DNA of 64,000 nucleotides from Azolla caroliniana. Its lineage: Eukaryota > Plantae > Polypodiophyta. The DNA is taken from positions 3,410,001 to 3,474,000 of the forward strand of contig JBHGNT010000001.1 in assembly GCA_043228905.1 (NCBI GenBank), written 5' to 3'. Of this stretch, positions 13,421 to 25,080 are shown piece by piece. A program made the position numbers and the translations under genes. Under the pieces are notes generated by a model. The model made no database searches and had not been told where the DNA came from. It saw only the letters and a program-made list of their open reading frames with translations. Every line of letters starts with the position of its first letter. Position 1 is the stretch's first letter.

Positions 13421-14291
13421 ATCTAGGATTTCATATTATTTTTTATGGAGTGGATTGCATAACGAGTATATGTGGGAGGCCAAGTTCTATATACAATTTG
13501 ATAATATCGGATATGCATTCTCATTACTGGTTGACAAGTGGCAAATCATTGGAACTTTCGAAGTTCATTGTGTTTCTATCACATGAAACAACATAATTTA
13601 TTTCTTCCAAGGAGTTTATCGCAAAGGGTTGAGTAAGAACCTTCATGGGGGAGAAATGAAGGCTTAGTATATTCACGCACTTTCGTAAAGTAAGTGCATA
13701 ATGTATGGAGTTAAGGGAGCCAAGTTGTGTATTATATAATAGGATACTTTGAAATGTCTGCTAATCACTCATAACCACAATGGTTGCGGGTCGACAACGA
13801 TGCTCTGTCATAATGTGGAAAGGGGTGCATAGTGCAAGCAGGGAGGGAGGCACATCGAGTTGTGAATTGTATGTATGTAATCGGTTCGACAAGGAAAACA
13901 TGTCTGATTAATTCGGCGGAAACGTTGCTTGCGGATCGGGGGCAAGGTGGACAGGTGCCGAGGTTGAGTGAGTGTTATAGACGAGAGGAAAATGGACTAC
14001 GACGAAATATAATAGGAATCTTAAGGGTGTGTATGTGTGTGGGGGGGGGGGGGGTGTGATGGTTACGGGTGTGCCTTTTGTTTCTGTTAAATAATGCCAA
14101 TGGGGCTGCTTTACTCTCACATTATAAAATTGGTATGCTTTATTTTTCTTCTAGTGAAAAAAGTGGGTAACGTGGGCTCACGAGAGCCAGGGAGAGGGCC
14201 GGGTGGTACTGTGGATGAGGTGGCTACAAATGGGCGTGACATGGCGGGATGATTTGGACGTCTCACCTTTTGGGGCAACCGCGTGGCTGCC

Positions 14292-14312
14292 TATAGATAT
14301 ATATATATATAA
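14292..14312 (+). promoter_or_regulatory. TATA-like element of the BPS1-like gene
   Basis: TATAGATATATATATATATAA about 150 bp upstream of ATG 14459, preceded by ACGT/CGCG-type motifs. Confidence 0.45.
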
Positions 14313-14458
14313 CAAAGAATAACAGGAAACCCGACGCTATCTTATTATTATGTGCTTGCTACGATCGAATTTTTTTTCATGAGCAGAAAAACAAATCATT
14401 CAAAAAAACAAGAAGTAGTAACTGTAAGGGAAGAAATAGAAGCGGGGTGGGCGATAAC

Positions 14459-15709
14459 ATGGGGCGATTGCTAGCGTCGCTCTCTCGCTCCTTCTCCTTC
14501 AACCGCAAGTCTCCCGCCGCTACGCTACGCCAAGCCCCATATATAGAAGAAGAAGAAGAAGAAGTAGCAGTAGCAGAAGAAGACGCAGGCCGACTAATTA
14601 GGGCCCCTTGGGCCAAATTAGAGGCGGACCTCGCCCACCGCCTCCGCCACCTTACCCTAGAAGGTGGCATCAACGCCCTCAACCCCACCTGGCTCTCCGA
14701 CGCCATGGCCGTCGCTCTCTCCACCCAATCCTCCTCCCGCGCCGCCATCCAATCCCAAACCTCTCTTGCCCATCACATGGGCCCATCCGCCTCCGCTGAC
14801 CAACCCAAACTTCTTCTGCTTCTGCACCATCATCTCCATAGCTTGGCTTGCCTCATGGACGATTGTAACGCCCTCCGCGAGGCGACATGCCGGATGAGCG
14901 AGCATCTCGCCCGCCTTCACCATGCCCTCCACGGCCTCGCGGAAGCCGCTACTTCCTCCTCCTCCACAGTGGCGCCGCTTAACACAAGGCTGCTGCAGGC
15001 GGCACAGCGCCGCTTGTCCGCCGCGTGTATGCAATCCACGGCCGTAATGGACGAACCTCGCTCGTCCCGCCTGTATCGCTCCATGGTGAAGAAGCTGAGG
15101 GCCCTATCTCCGCCTTCCGCATCCACCCCTGCTGGCAATCCCCACCCTCTGGAGCCCATTATCCAGGCCATGGACGGGGTGACTCTCACCACCACCTTAA
15201 TTCTCTGCGCCGCCCTTTCCAGCTTCTTGATGCCCCCTACCACGAAGAAGAATTTCTCCGCCGCTCGCCTCCGCCGATCCGCCAGCAACTTATATGCGTC
15301 CGCAGTCATCCACTCTTCCGATGCAAACACCTCCGTCAGCTCTGCGTCAACCGTGCCATGGGCGGCGCCGTTCCGACAGCTCCACAAGCAGCTTCTGCAA
15401 AGCTCCGGGTGTGGGGCAGAGATGAACAGCGGCTTCTTCACTCGAGAGCTAGCGGCACTGCACGGAGCGGCGGATGCCTTGGTCGTGGCCCGAAAACCCG
15501 CCGCCAGAGCTACAGCTGCGAAAGGGGCGGCAAATGGGGAGGAAATGATGCGAATGGGGATGGGGGCGGCGAGAGTGGGGAAGGCGGCGCGGGATCTGGG
15601 AGGGAGCGTGGCGATGCTGCATAAGCAGGCGTGCGAGCTGTCGCTAGGTCTGGCGGAGGTGAGGGTGGCGCTGCTGGAGGCCTGTGGCGGCGGCGGAGCT
15701 CTATACTAG
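14459..15709 (+). CDS. BYPASS1/ROH1-like (DUF793) protein, intronless, 416 aa
   Basis: Long GC-rich ORF from ATG 14459. N-terminal SFSF, WLSDAMAVALSTQ, SLACLMDDCNALR (resembles the family motif YLDxSxKLLDxCN), VPWAAPFRQL and a C-terminal helical RVALL. Divergent from the family. Confidence 0.7.
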   Translation: MGRLLASLSRSFSFNRKSPAATLRQAPYIEEEEEEVAVAEEDAGRLIRAPWAKLEADLAHRLRHLTLEGGINALNPTWLSDAMAVALSTQSSSRAAIQSQTSLAHHMGPSASADQPKLLLLLHHHLHSLACLMDDCNALREATCRMSEHLARLHHALHGLAEAATSSSSTVAPLNTRLLQAAQRRLSAACMQSTAVMDEPRSSRLYRSMVKKLRALSPPSASTPAGNPHPLEPIIQAMDGVTLTTTLILCAALSSFLMPPTTKKNFSAARLRRSASNLYASAVIHSSDANTSVSSASTVPWAAPFRQLHKQLLQSSGCGAEMNSGFFTRELAALHGAADALVVARKPAARATAAKGAANGEEMMRMGMGAARVGKAARDLGGSVAMLHKQACELSLGLAEVRVALLEACGGGGALY

Positions 15710-16808
15710 TAGAGCTAGCTAGGCAACCAATTTTGTTGCGGCGGCGGCGGTGGCGGAGCAGGAGGAGGAGGAGGAGGAGGCGGCGGCGGAGCGTCGCCAA
15801 ATTGTATATAGCCACCACCACCACTGTTCATATTTTCATCGGAAGGAGAAATATGTTGGAATTTTTTTTTAACTCTATTCTACTTTTAAGTGTGACTACT
15901 AATTCCTTAGATATATGTAAAAATGAATGGTCTCTCATATTTCTAAGGTCAACACATGACATGAATGGCTCCCACATGATGTCCACATCACGCCTTTATA
16001 TGTCCCATGGGTAAAACGTTAGTATATGTCTATTGTTGGTACGTAGGACATTTGTCTTTGTGGGAGGGCCTCTTAGGAGGAATAACGGGACATAGCCAAT
16101 CATTCCATCGATCTATATATATATTATGGGCTATGTGTGGACCAACGGTAACGCACATACGATTAGAAAAGTACAAGAGAGAGAGAGAGAGACGTGAGAA
16201 ACGTTCCAGTTGCCTCTTCGGATAAGTAAGATGCTTATCGTCGCATTGGTATTTCGGATTGATACCATACACGATCTGAAGTACTTCCCCCAACAAATCC
16301 CTTTGTATTCTTGTCTCACATGGCTGTTGAGGGTCTCATTTGATACCCCAAATGTCATGAAGCACTTGGCCAACTCATCTTCATCTTGTTTTACATGACC
16401 ACGGGTGTGAAATTAGTGACCTCTTGAATAATGAATGAATGGCCCATGCTACGATGACAACCATTGCTTTTGCCAATGAGTTGGTGGTGCACCTTGTTAT
16501 CACTACCCACCTCTTCCCTCCGCAAGAATGGTGAGGGTGTAGTTCATCTCTAACTCCACATGGTACTACACAAACTTGAAAACCATTCTAATATCTTTTT
16601 GTATAGAACACCACATAATTTAATTCATGAAAATTGTCCTATTCGTCGAGTATCATTGAGTAAAGATGATAGATATCACAAAGGCAAATAGTCCAAAACA
16701 TTGTACACGCAATATTTACTAGCCTTTGGAATATTGAGTTTCAACAAGGCATTATTTCCATTTGGTCCTACTTGGGACTTCCACAATTTGGCACATGTTT
16801 TGGGGCCA

Positions 16809-17058
16809 ATGATGTGGATTTGAAGAATGCATCCAACCCACAATAATGGCAACCCTTCGTGCAATTCATCTAATTCAGCAACACCTTGCAAATGTTCCTC
16901 TAACAAGAAAATATTGCAATGCTTAAATAAGATGATGTGGATTTGAAGAATGCATCCAACCCACAATAATGGCAACCCTTCGTGCAATTCATCTAATTCA
17001 GCAACACCTTGCAAATGTTCCTCTTAACAAGAAAATATTGCAATGCTAAAATAAGATG
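16809..17058. repeat. 123-bp tandem duplication
   Basis: ATGATGTGGATTTGAAGAATGC...AAATAAGATG occurs twice, nearly identical, starting at 16809 and 16932. Confidence 0.95.
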
Positions 17059-17876
17059 CATAAATACTAGGATATCACATCCCCTAGGATGTCCTTCCCA
17101 TACCTTATTTCTCAAACCATGTTTAGTTGTAGTTGAATAGTCCCCGATAATGTCATTGCATTCAATTAAAAAGTTTTTAGAACAAAACACTTGGATAACT
17201 TGAAAATATTAGATCCAAAATTTCCATGTTACAAGATGATGGGAGTGTTTGAAAATGTCTTCATCAAGCTCATTATGCTTCCCGTTTCTTTTTAGAGGTT
17301 GCCATGCATGAAACGAATGTAACATAGATATGTTGGGCATATTATAGGTTCATTTTCCTTTCGTTATACCCATTCTCCGGGTCCTCATCATTGCTCAACT
17401 ATGTTCACCATATGAACTTCATGTGGAACTTAAGGTTGTAATGGCCAAGTACTCCAATTTCTTCCCAATAGATAGATTGGCCCATGTTTATGTCATACAC
17501 GTTGTAATCCATATTGGGAAATCTTACACGTTTGTAGGGAGTTATGTTGGCCATAAGATTTCTATACACCTAGTCCATGCATGTACTTTTCCGTGATCTT
17601 CTATTCACACATCCTCACAAATTGATCTCTACAAACTAAGAGAACGAATTTTGATAAATTTATTATGTTCTTCCTTCTAGTTCTCAGCCTACACTTTGTA
17701 AGAAGATTATTCACAATAGTAAGTGCAACTAGGCTAAGATGTGTGCATATATTGAGCATTTTATTGTGAATGTTTTAGAACTATTTTTGTTACTAAAGCA
17801 ATGCTTGTACCTTGCAATATCTTGAAACCATTTGATTTTCCTTCATACTTGATGAAGGCTAAAATACCATATACGA

Positions 17877-18019
17877 GTGATTTGAAGTGACACAATACAT
17901 TGATGTTAAAAAGAAACTAACAAGGCAAATGTAATAGTGAGAAAGGGTGATTTGAAGTGACACAATACATTGATGTTAAAAAGAAACTAACAAGGCAAAT
18001 GTAATAGTGAGAAAGGGTG
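17877..18019. repeat. Perfect 70-bp tandem duplication
   Basis: GTGATTTGAAGTGACAC...GTGAGAAAGG starts at 17877 and 17947. Confidence 0.95.
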
Positions 18020-20420
18020 TTGCTTCTCTAAAATTTAAATCACAAATTCTAAATTGTTCACAAAACTATCACCTTCATAAAGAGAAATTGTATCATAAAA
18101 TAGAATTCAACTTTACGTCATAACACCAAAGTTTCTTCTCTAGAACAAGCTGCTCGTCTAACGGTACCTTGCATTCAGATTTCTCCTTTGTGGAGTAGAA
18201 TGCACAATGCGTACAAGTGCAATTCTTTAATATTTTAATGGGTACTAGATATATTGATAAATTGATCAACTATAAGGAACAATCATGAGTTGTCATAAAA
18301 GGCGAGGAACAATCCTTATGGAAGAGCACTTGAACCTTGTGTACTCAAACACTTTGCTGCTTTTTTGTGATATTTTTAATTGGAATGGAGTGCATAATGT
18401 GTACAGGTGGGGAGGCAAACTATATATTTTATCACAAGCATGCCCACCATTCATCAAACATTCATGGATATTAGGACATTGCTTACGGATCAATAGCCAA
18501 GTGAGCTAAACAAAGTGATGATGCGGCATAATGTTGGTATTAGATGGACTTTTTGGTGTATACTTCCTTATAATAATAACTTGGGGAGGGGGTACGTGTT
18601 TGGTCTAAATAAAGTAATGTACAAGACTAGAATAACCTTTGTCATCTTGATTTCCATTGAAAAGCTGAATCCATTGATATGAGTTGATTGGTCGAAAAAC
18701 ACTATGTGGTGTTCCAAATAGCAATTGTGAAATATTGAAGAGTGTTAACGTACCCTGTGGGGTACAACATTGGCATACTTGTACCTGGCTGTAAGATTTA
18801 AACACATTAATTTATAGAAGTTGGCGCTGTAGCATTAATATTTTAGAAAGGGTTGAACCAATAGTGAAGTTGTTAGAAATATACATAAAGCCCATTACAA
18901 ATGTAAGAGCAAATTTCTGATAGACTCCCATAGACCAATGATATTTTCTTATTTTTCAATTTGCCAATAAGTACATAACATCTTTGAAACAATGGCATGA
19001 CTACATGCACATCCTTGCAATAATGCTAGCTTGATTCCAAGAGAGCATTCGTTCTAAAATTATTCTCTCCCAACTAAGTCGTTGAACTAATCATCCTCTC
19101 TTGTTGTTTACTTGTTCTTTAATCAAGCTTTGTGAAGTTCAAATGTTTAGTTGCACCATAATTTGATCTTAAGAGTGTGTAGTTTGGCATACAACAATTA
19201 GTAATTAGCCTTGTATTCAATGTTCGTGTGTCCTAATGTAGAATAAATCTATATCTATTTTGAAGAATGTAGAATCAATATATCGTTCAATCAACAATAC
19301 AAAACTCTTTATTGGCATGTCTTGGCAAAAGAAAGTTGCAAATAATCTCCATTGTATATAAAATTTGGATCCATTATAGAATCTTGACACTCTAAATTAA
19401 ATGGGCATAAGAATACAAATATAAAGAATGAGAAATAATTGAAGGACACGAGATCATTCTTGGTTGTAATGGGATCTAATCGAATAACAATGAAAGCTTC
19501 GTTTCTTCATGGTTGTTCATCGAATCCCATTGTTGTTTTTTGCAAATTGCAACAAGTGGCACATTTGCCTCTATTCCTTGTAAGTTGTTGGTTGTTGGTG
19601 TTGAGTACCTTCTCTACATAGTAAAATTGAGTGACATCTGTGTTTATTCTCGTGGACTTGTTCAAGCGAAGTCCTATCATTATTTTGTCCATATCATGAT
19701 TGAAATATCGAGGACAAGGAATGGCCCAAGCACATTATTTTAAACGTGTCAAACTCTAAATTCTCATCCCCCCCCCCCCACTTTTCTCACGCTCTATGCC
19801 CATTACCCCTACTTAGTCCGTCACACTTACCCACACTGAATACTGTATCACCTTTGGTCGTAGTGTAATTCGAGCAACCATAAAGCCAAAATATAATGGA
19901 GTAGATCAAAGTACATGAATGACACTAATTGATACAAACAAAGAGGCGAAGCAAGGTGAGATAGATTAGGACACTACTTTCTTTCCCAATGTTGAAAAAT
20001 GCATTGTTGTAAATGAGAGGTCCCTTCCCATGGTAGTCTTCATGTTTGCAATCATATGGTCTCAAGGCCGTCAGAAACTAGAAGAATGAAACGCTTGTCA
20101 TTTTACTACGACACACACATACAAACTCCTAAAAGGTATGTGGTGTTAGGTATTAGAGTATGAGAAATGGGTTCTTGTTGATGTTCTCCTGAAGACGACG
20201 TCAACAAGTACCTAAGTTGAGGCGAAAATTCGATGTGGGGCTTTTTTGCAACCAAGCTCTACATGCACATTGTCCTCGCACGAGTTTTACTTATGTCCCT
20301 TAGGCATTCAACATTATAAGGGCGAAATTCACCTTGCCATATGATCCTCACTATAGATGGGACAACGATTGCATTTTTTTATATTGTCATGTTGTTGAAA
20401 CGTACTAACTACTAACGTGT

Positions 20421-20459
<39 letters not shown>

Positions 20460-20596
20460 GTGTTGTATGGGCGAGTTATGAGAAGGTGTGAAGAAAGACA
20501 GAAGGTGAAGTGAATGTGAAGAGTTAGTCAGTTGGGCAGTTGCGGTTTGAGAGAGACAACGCGCAGAGAGCCAGAGCCAGAGAGAGAGAGAGAGAG

Positions 20597-21171
20597 ATGG
20601 GGGAGAGCAAGAAAGAGAAAGGGAAAGAGAAAGAGGTGAAGCAAGAGAAGGGGAAAGGCAAAGAGAAGGAAGAGAGTAGCAGCAGTAGTAGTAGTAGCGA
20701 TGGAGAGTCGTCACAATGCCGACCCTGCGCCTTCTTGCTGGGCATTCCGTTCGCCGTCTTGGGTTTGTTCCTCTCCGTCTTCGGACTCGCATTTTGGATC
20801 GTCGGGTAATCAGACACATAATCTAATCCAGCCTTCTCTTAAAAACATAATTCTCCAAATAACTACTTTTAAAACAGTGTTGTCATGTCAATCCGCATAC
20901 ATATATATACATAATACAAAAGGGTTAGAATCAACTTATAAATTCTTCTGCCTTCAAATATTATGGTTCTTACAACAGGGATTTAAACCCTTTGATTGAT
21001 TTCTCTAAAAACAATGTTTCTCTGTTTTTTTTTTTACACTGTTGCAGGACACTGATTTCATGTATTTGCCCATGCTCTAGCTGTTTTGTCATATTGGTTA
21101 ACATAGCACTGTGCCTGACCAAGGCACCCTTGAAGATATTGAGATGGTTTATCGATAGCATACCATGTTGA
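20597..21171 (+). CDS. TAX1: TAXIMIN-like cysteine-rich hydrophobic peptide, 110 aa, 2 exons
   Basis: join(20597..20805,21048..21171) with a GT-AG intron gives ...QCRPCAFLLGIPFAVLGLFLSVFGLAFWIVGTLISCICPCSSCFVILVNIALCLTKAPLKILRWFIDSIPC*. This matches the TAXIMIN pattern CRPLGFLLGLPFA...WIVG..SCICPCC.C...KAP....WF...IPC. TAX1 vs TAX2 orthology is not resolved. Confidence 0.9.
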
Positions 21172-22186
21172 CATCAATGGACCTGCCCCACGTTATATAT
21201 ATATATATATATCCAAGATACCAATGCTGATTAATTTTTGTAAAACATTCAACATTCACATAAATCATGCTGCAAGACACTATAATTTTACTGCTACATT
21301 AGCAGCAATGAAAAATGCGTTTAACCTTTCTATTTCAGCCCTTATATTTTTCCAAAGTCTGCCACGCTTTTTCTTAGGTTATAAAAATTCTTCCAAGTTC
21401 TACATTTTGAACGTGTGCTCTATTCATCAGCATTACCAGAGTTACTGCTACAAAGCATCTGGAAACAGGAGACAAATATTTAACGTGATTAACTATTTTG
21501 AAACAGTTAAACGATCAGAAAAGTATTCAAAGAAGGGACCTTTACATAGTAGTAACATTATTCATGAGAGAAGGATTTAGAGAAGTCCAGTCAGTCCATA
21601 TCAATGCGAAAGTCTGCAATCAGTCCAATCATGTATAGTGGGATCCAATCGAATTGTAATTGTAATTGCCCTAGTGGACCAATTCAATTATCATGCACCT
21701 GTAATTGTGATTCCCCAGATTATATGTACTCCTTATATAATGCTAACCACGACGATTGTTAAAAATTAGTTTTCAGTAGTAATTGCTTCATTACATGAGA
21801 CCAAGTCAAGTACAAGGAACACTAATAAGGCAAACGTCCAGGTGGACCAGTCGAATTATTCTGGCAGAATAATGATCCCTCCAAATGATATTGTAATTGC
21901 TAATTACTTAAATTGCATGAAAAAGTACATTGAGCACTAATATAAGACAAACATTAACATTAACCCAGAATATGAGACAACTAACATAAATCAATATAAT
22001 GACTTTTCATTTATTTCGGCAAATATGAGATCGTCAAAATTGACACGTAAAAAAGAGTTCTGTTTAACATTCAACTTGCCGTATGAAACTAATCAAAACT
22101 AGAATAACGACCATCAAATGATGGACCTTTATTTGGATGTAACATCATTAACTCTCATCCGCAGAGATATATAAATAATATAAGAC

Positions 22187-24729
22187 TTAAAGCTTGGATT
22201 TCGCATAAACAGCCCCTGTAATCTCGCCTCCACCATAACTAGCGCCACCAGACTCCTTGAACTGCTCTTCAGTTACACCTACACAGAACCCAATTGGAGT
22301 TACATTATAATGAATACCACTGGATTGAAGGTTCCCAAAATTGTCCAACCATAGATTAAATATCATATTCAAATCTCTTTTTTTTTAAGAAAGTAAATAA
22401 AATGTTTTTACCTTTGTTCATGGCTGCAATATCATATTCAAATCTTTTTTATTTTAAAGAAAGTAAATAAAATGTTTTTACCTTTGTTCATGGCTGCAGT
22501 TGCTGAGAATCCACCTTGAACAGTCTTGAGAAAGTGATCAAAATAATTTGCTCCAGACCACTTCTGATGGGCCAATGTCTCTATACCATGAGCCCTCTCC
22601 TGCCTTTGTATGTTTTGAACGTAAGCCAGCATACCACGTCCCACAAAATCCTTAGCAAAAGTATCGACAATAAGGGAATTTGCATGGAAACCAGCGAGTG
22701 TTATAAATTGCCATACAAACCCTAACTTGGCTAAATCAGGTATAAAGCTCTCCATTTGGGATTCTGACATTCCAGAGGCATCCCAATTGAAGGAAGGAGA
22801 TAGGTTATAGGCCAAAAGTATATCGGGATGAACGTTTTTAACGCCAAGCGCAAAATCTCGGGCCTGGTTGTAATGGGGTCCAGCAGATTCCATCCATAGC
22901 ATATCAGCATGAGGTGCAAAGGCAATGCCTCTAGTAATGGCGGCTTGGGTGCCACCCTGAAACCTATAGAAACCCTCCCTGGTTCGGGGTAGGTCCCAAT
23001 CCCAAAATACGCCTCCTGCGCCAAGCTTCTCGGCTAATCCCCCCGCTTCATGATGCGAAAGCCCATCTACAGAAGCAAACCACTGATCTAATCGGCATTT
23101 CTTTTCGGCATCTGAAATGTCCACCTTCTTACTAATCACCTCAGCGACCACATCTTTATACAATCTCAATTTCGCATTTGCCATCCATGCATCTTCGATG
23201 GCCTGGAGCTCCGATCCAGACTTGCCTTGCTCTGTAGCCTCATTCAGCAGAATGGCTAAGGGTTTCCCTTCCATCATGGGATTTGAGACCCCTAAGATGA
23301 AGGCATGATCCCGCCTGTCAATATTGCTCTGTATAAGAGTGGCTGCTTCAGCATCTGTTCTAGCAACTAACACAGTCTCCACACCCATCAAATCGAACTG
23401 TAGCCTAGCAGCCACAAGCCGATTGATATGCTCAGATATGGCCACAAGAACCTTCCCAGACATATGTCCACACTTCTTTGTCACCGACGATTGGTCTTCG
23501 ATGTGAACACCTGCGGCTCCTCTCTCCACAAAGAGCTTACAGAGCTTGGCAGTTGCGGTGGTGCCGCCGAACCCAGTATCACCATCAGCAATAAGAGGCC
23601 TGAGATAGTCGACAAATGGTGTTCTGGCTCGTTCTTCTCTACTCATAGCCATCCTTGACTCTCTCTGCTTCCGGTCATGAAAGAGTTGGGCAGAGAACAG
23701 ATGCTCTGCTTTGTTAGGGACTGTGTCATAGGGATAGTCTGCCAGGTCAGGGCCAAGCTCATTGGTGGAAGTGTGGGTAGAAGAGCATTGCCATCCTGAG
23801 ATATAAATGGTGTCCAGATACTTGGACATCTGAGCCACTTGGACAGGGTCCAAGCAACCAAATGTCCTGGAGCATGTCTGCTTGGCTTGGTGGGTCTTCA
23901 ATATCCCCCATAGCTTCTTTGCCATCACATCTGATGCATATTGCTGCCTCACAGTACCCCTCAAGCGGATGACATCGCGGGCTTTGTATGGCCGCTTGGT
24001 TAGGCGGAAGCGATCGGATGACCACCATGCCTCCATCTCCCTCACCTCTGCTTCAAACATCGCCTCCTCTTCCATTAGAGACTGCTGGAAATAGAAGCAC
24101 ACGAAACTATTTTGATCATCTTCCATGCTTAGGGTTTAGGGTTTCAAGTATACAGAAAAAATTATATCTCCAATCAATCTATCTCACACAGACAGCACAT
24201 ATGAACATGCAATATGCTGGACATTGAAACCTAGCTTTGACATATCATTATACTAGATTCAAACATATCTACACTCTGCAAGATTTCAAACATTAGCATC
24301 TTTGTTTGACCCTCTCTAGACGATTGTATCTAATCAATACGCAATGATCCAATAGATTGTTTTGGGTATTAGGAGGCATGAAAGTTACATGTTTTAGGTC
24401 AACTATGACAATAATAGGCTTATATCATCCTTTCCTGTGTTAAACTAGCAATGCATATTTGCGCAAATATTCTCCTCCAAGATGAGAAATGTTTTAGGAC
24501 AACTATGACAATAGTCTTATATCATCCTTTCCTGTGTTAAACTAGCAATGCATATTTGCTCAAATCATCTCCTCCAAGATGAAAATGCGCATCAATGGAA
24601 AGAAAAGGTCGTTGAGACCTCAGATAACGTTTACACCATAGTAAATTTATGTATATATCAAATCAATGCAATTTATAGAACTTTGAATCTAGTTACCCTG
24701 CTGGTTTGTGCTGTTGGATTCATCATCAT
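22187..24729 (-). CDS. ICL: Isocitrate lyase (peroxisomal/glyoxysomal), about 575 aa, 3 coding exons
   Basis: Exons 24729-24697 ([11 protein letters not shown]), 24084-22482 and 22278-22187, phases consistent. Catalytic [28 protein letters not shown] and C-terminal PTS1 SKL. The first exon is less certain than the rest. Confidence 0.95.
22359..22498. repeat. About 70-bp tandem duplication spanning the last ICL splice donor
   Basis: AATATCATATTCAAATC...TTTACCTTTGTTCATGGCTGCA occurs twice. Confidence 0.95.
24389..24586. repeat. About 100-bp tandem duplication in an ICL intron
   Basis: ATGTTTTAGG.CAACTATGACAATA...CTCCTCCAAGATGA starts at 24389 and 24489. Confidence 0.9.
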
Positions 24730-25009
24730 TTTGTAATCGAATCGAATCAACTCTAATCAGAAGGTTACCGAACTGAATCCAAGCTGACTGATGAAGGATC
24801 GAGAATCCAAGCAAGCAATAATCAAACCAGCTGAATCCAAAACATCAATCAAGATTAAATTTGAGCGCAAAGGAGATTGTTGAATATATGATCGCACACA
24901 TATACCAATACACGGTTGTAGACTCATACACAAACTGTATGCACACGCATAGATATTATATAAATACATAGATAGATATAATGCACAGGACATGTTTCAG
25001 TGTTACTAA

Positions 25010-25080
25010 CCAGGAATATGCAGAAGGCAGATGGAGGTGAAGGGCAGAAGATAGGAACACCAAACACACACATATATATA
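25010..25080 (-). promoter_or_regulatory. Putative ICL TATA box and non-coding first exon
   Basis: TATATATA at 25080-25073, a pyrimidine-rich leader, then donor CCTG|GTTAGT at 25010. Confidence 0.5.

Noticed and set aside
14377-16014. Many overlapping ORFs on both strands around the BPS1-like gene
   Set aside because: Shadow frames of GC-rich, stop-poor DNA and triplet repeats, with no recognisable motifs.
16809-18019. Direct repeats as a CRISPR-like array
   Set aside because: Two-copy head-to-tail duplications without spacers, in eukaryotic DNA.
24085-24126. ORF-track ICL start [13 protein letters not shown] and end [13 protein letters not shown]
   Set aside because: Both are intron read-through: a pyrimidine-rich acceptor at one end and the donor at 22481 at the other. 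The spliced model restores normal length and SKL.
24128-24144. TTAGGGTTTAGGGTTT telomere-like motif, and a degenerate tract near 42065
   Set aside because: Only two units: at most a telo-box, not an interstitial telomere.
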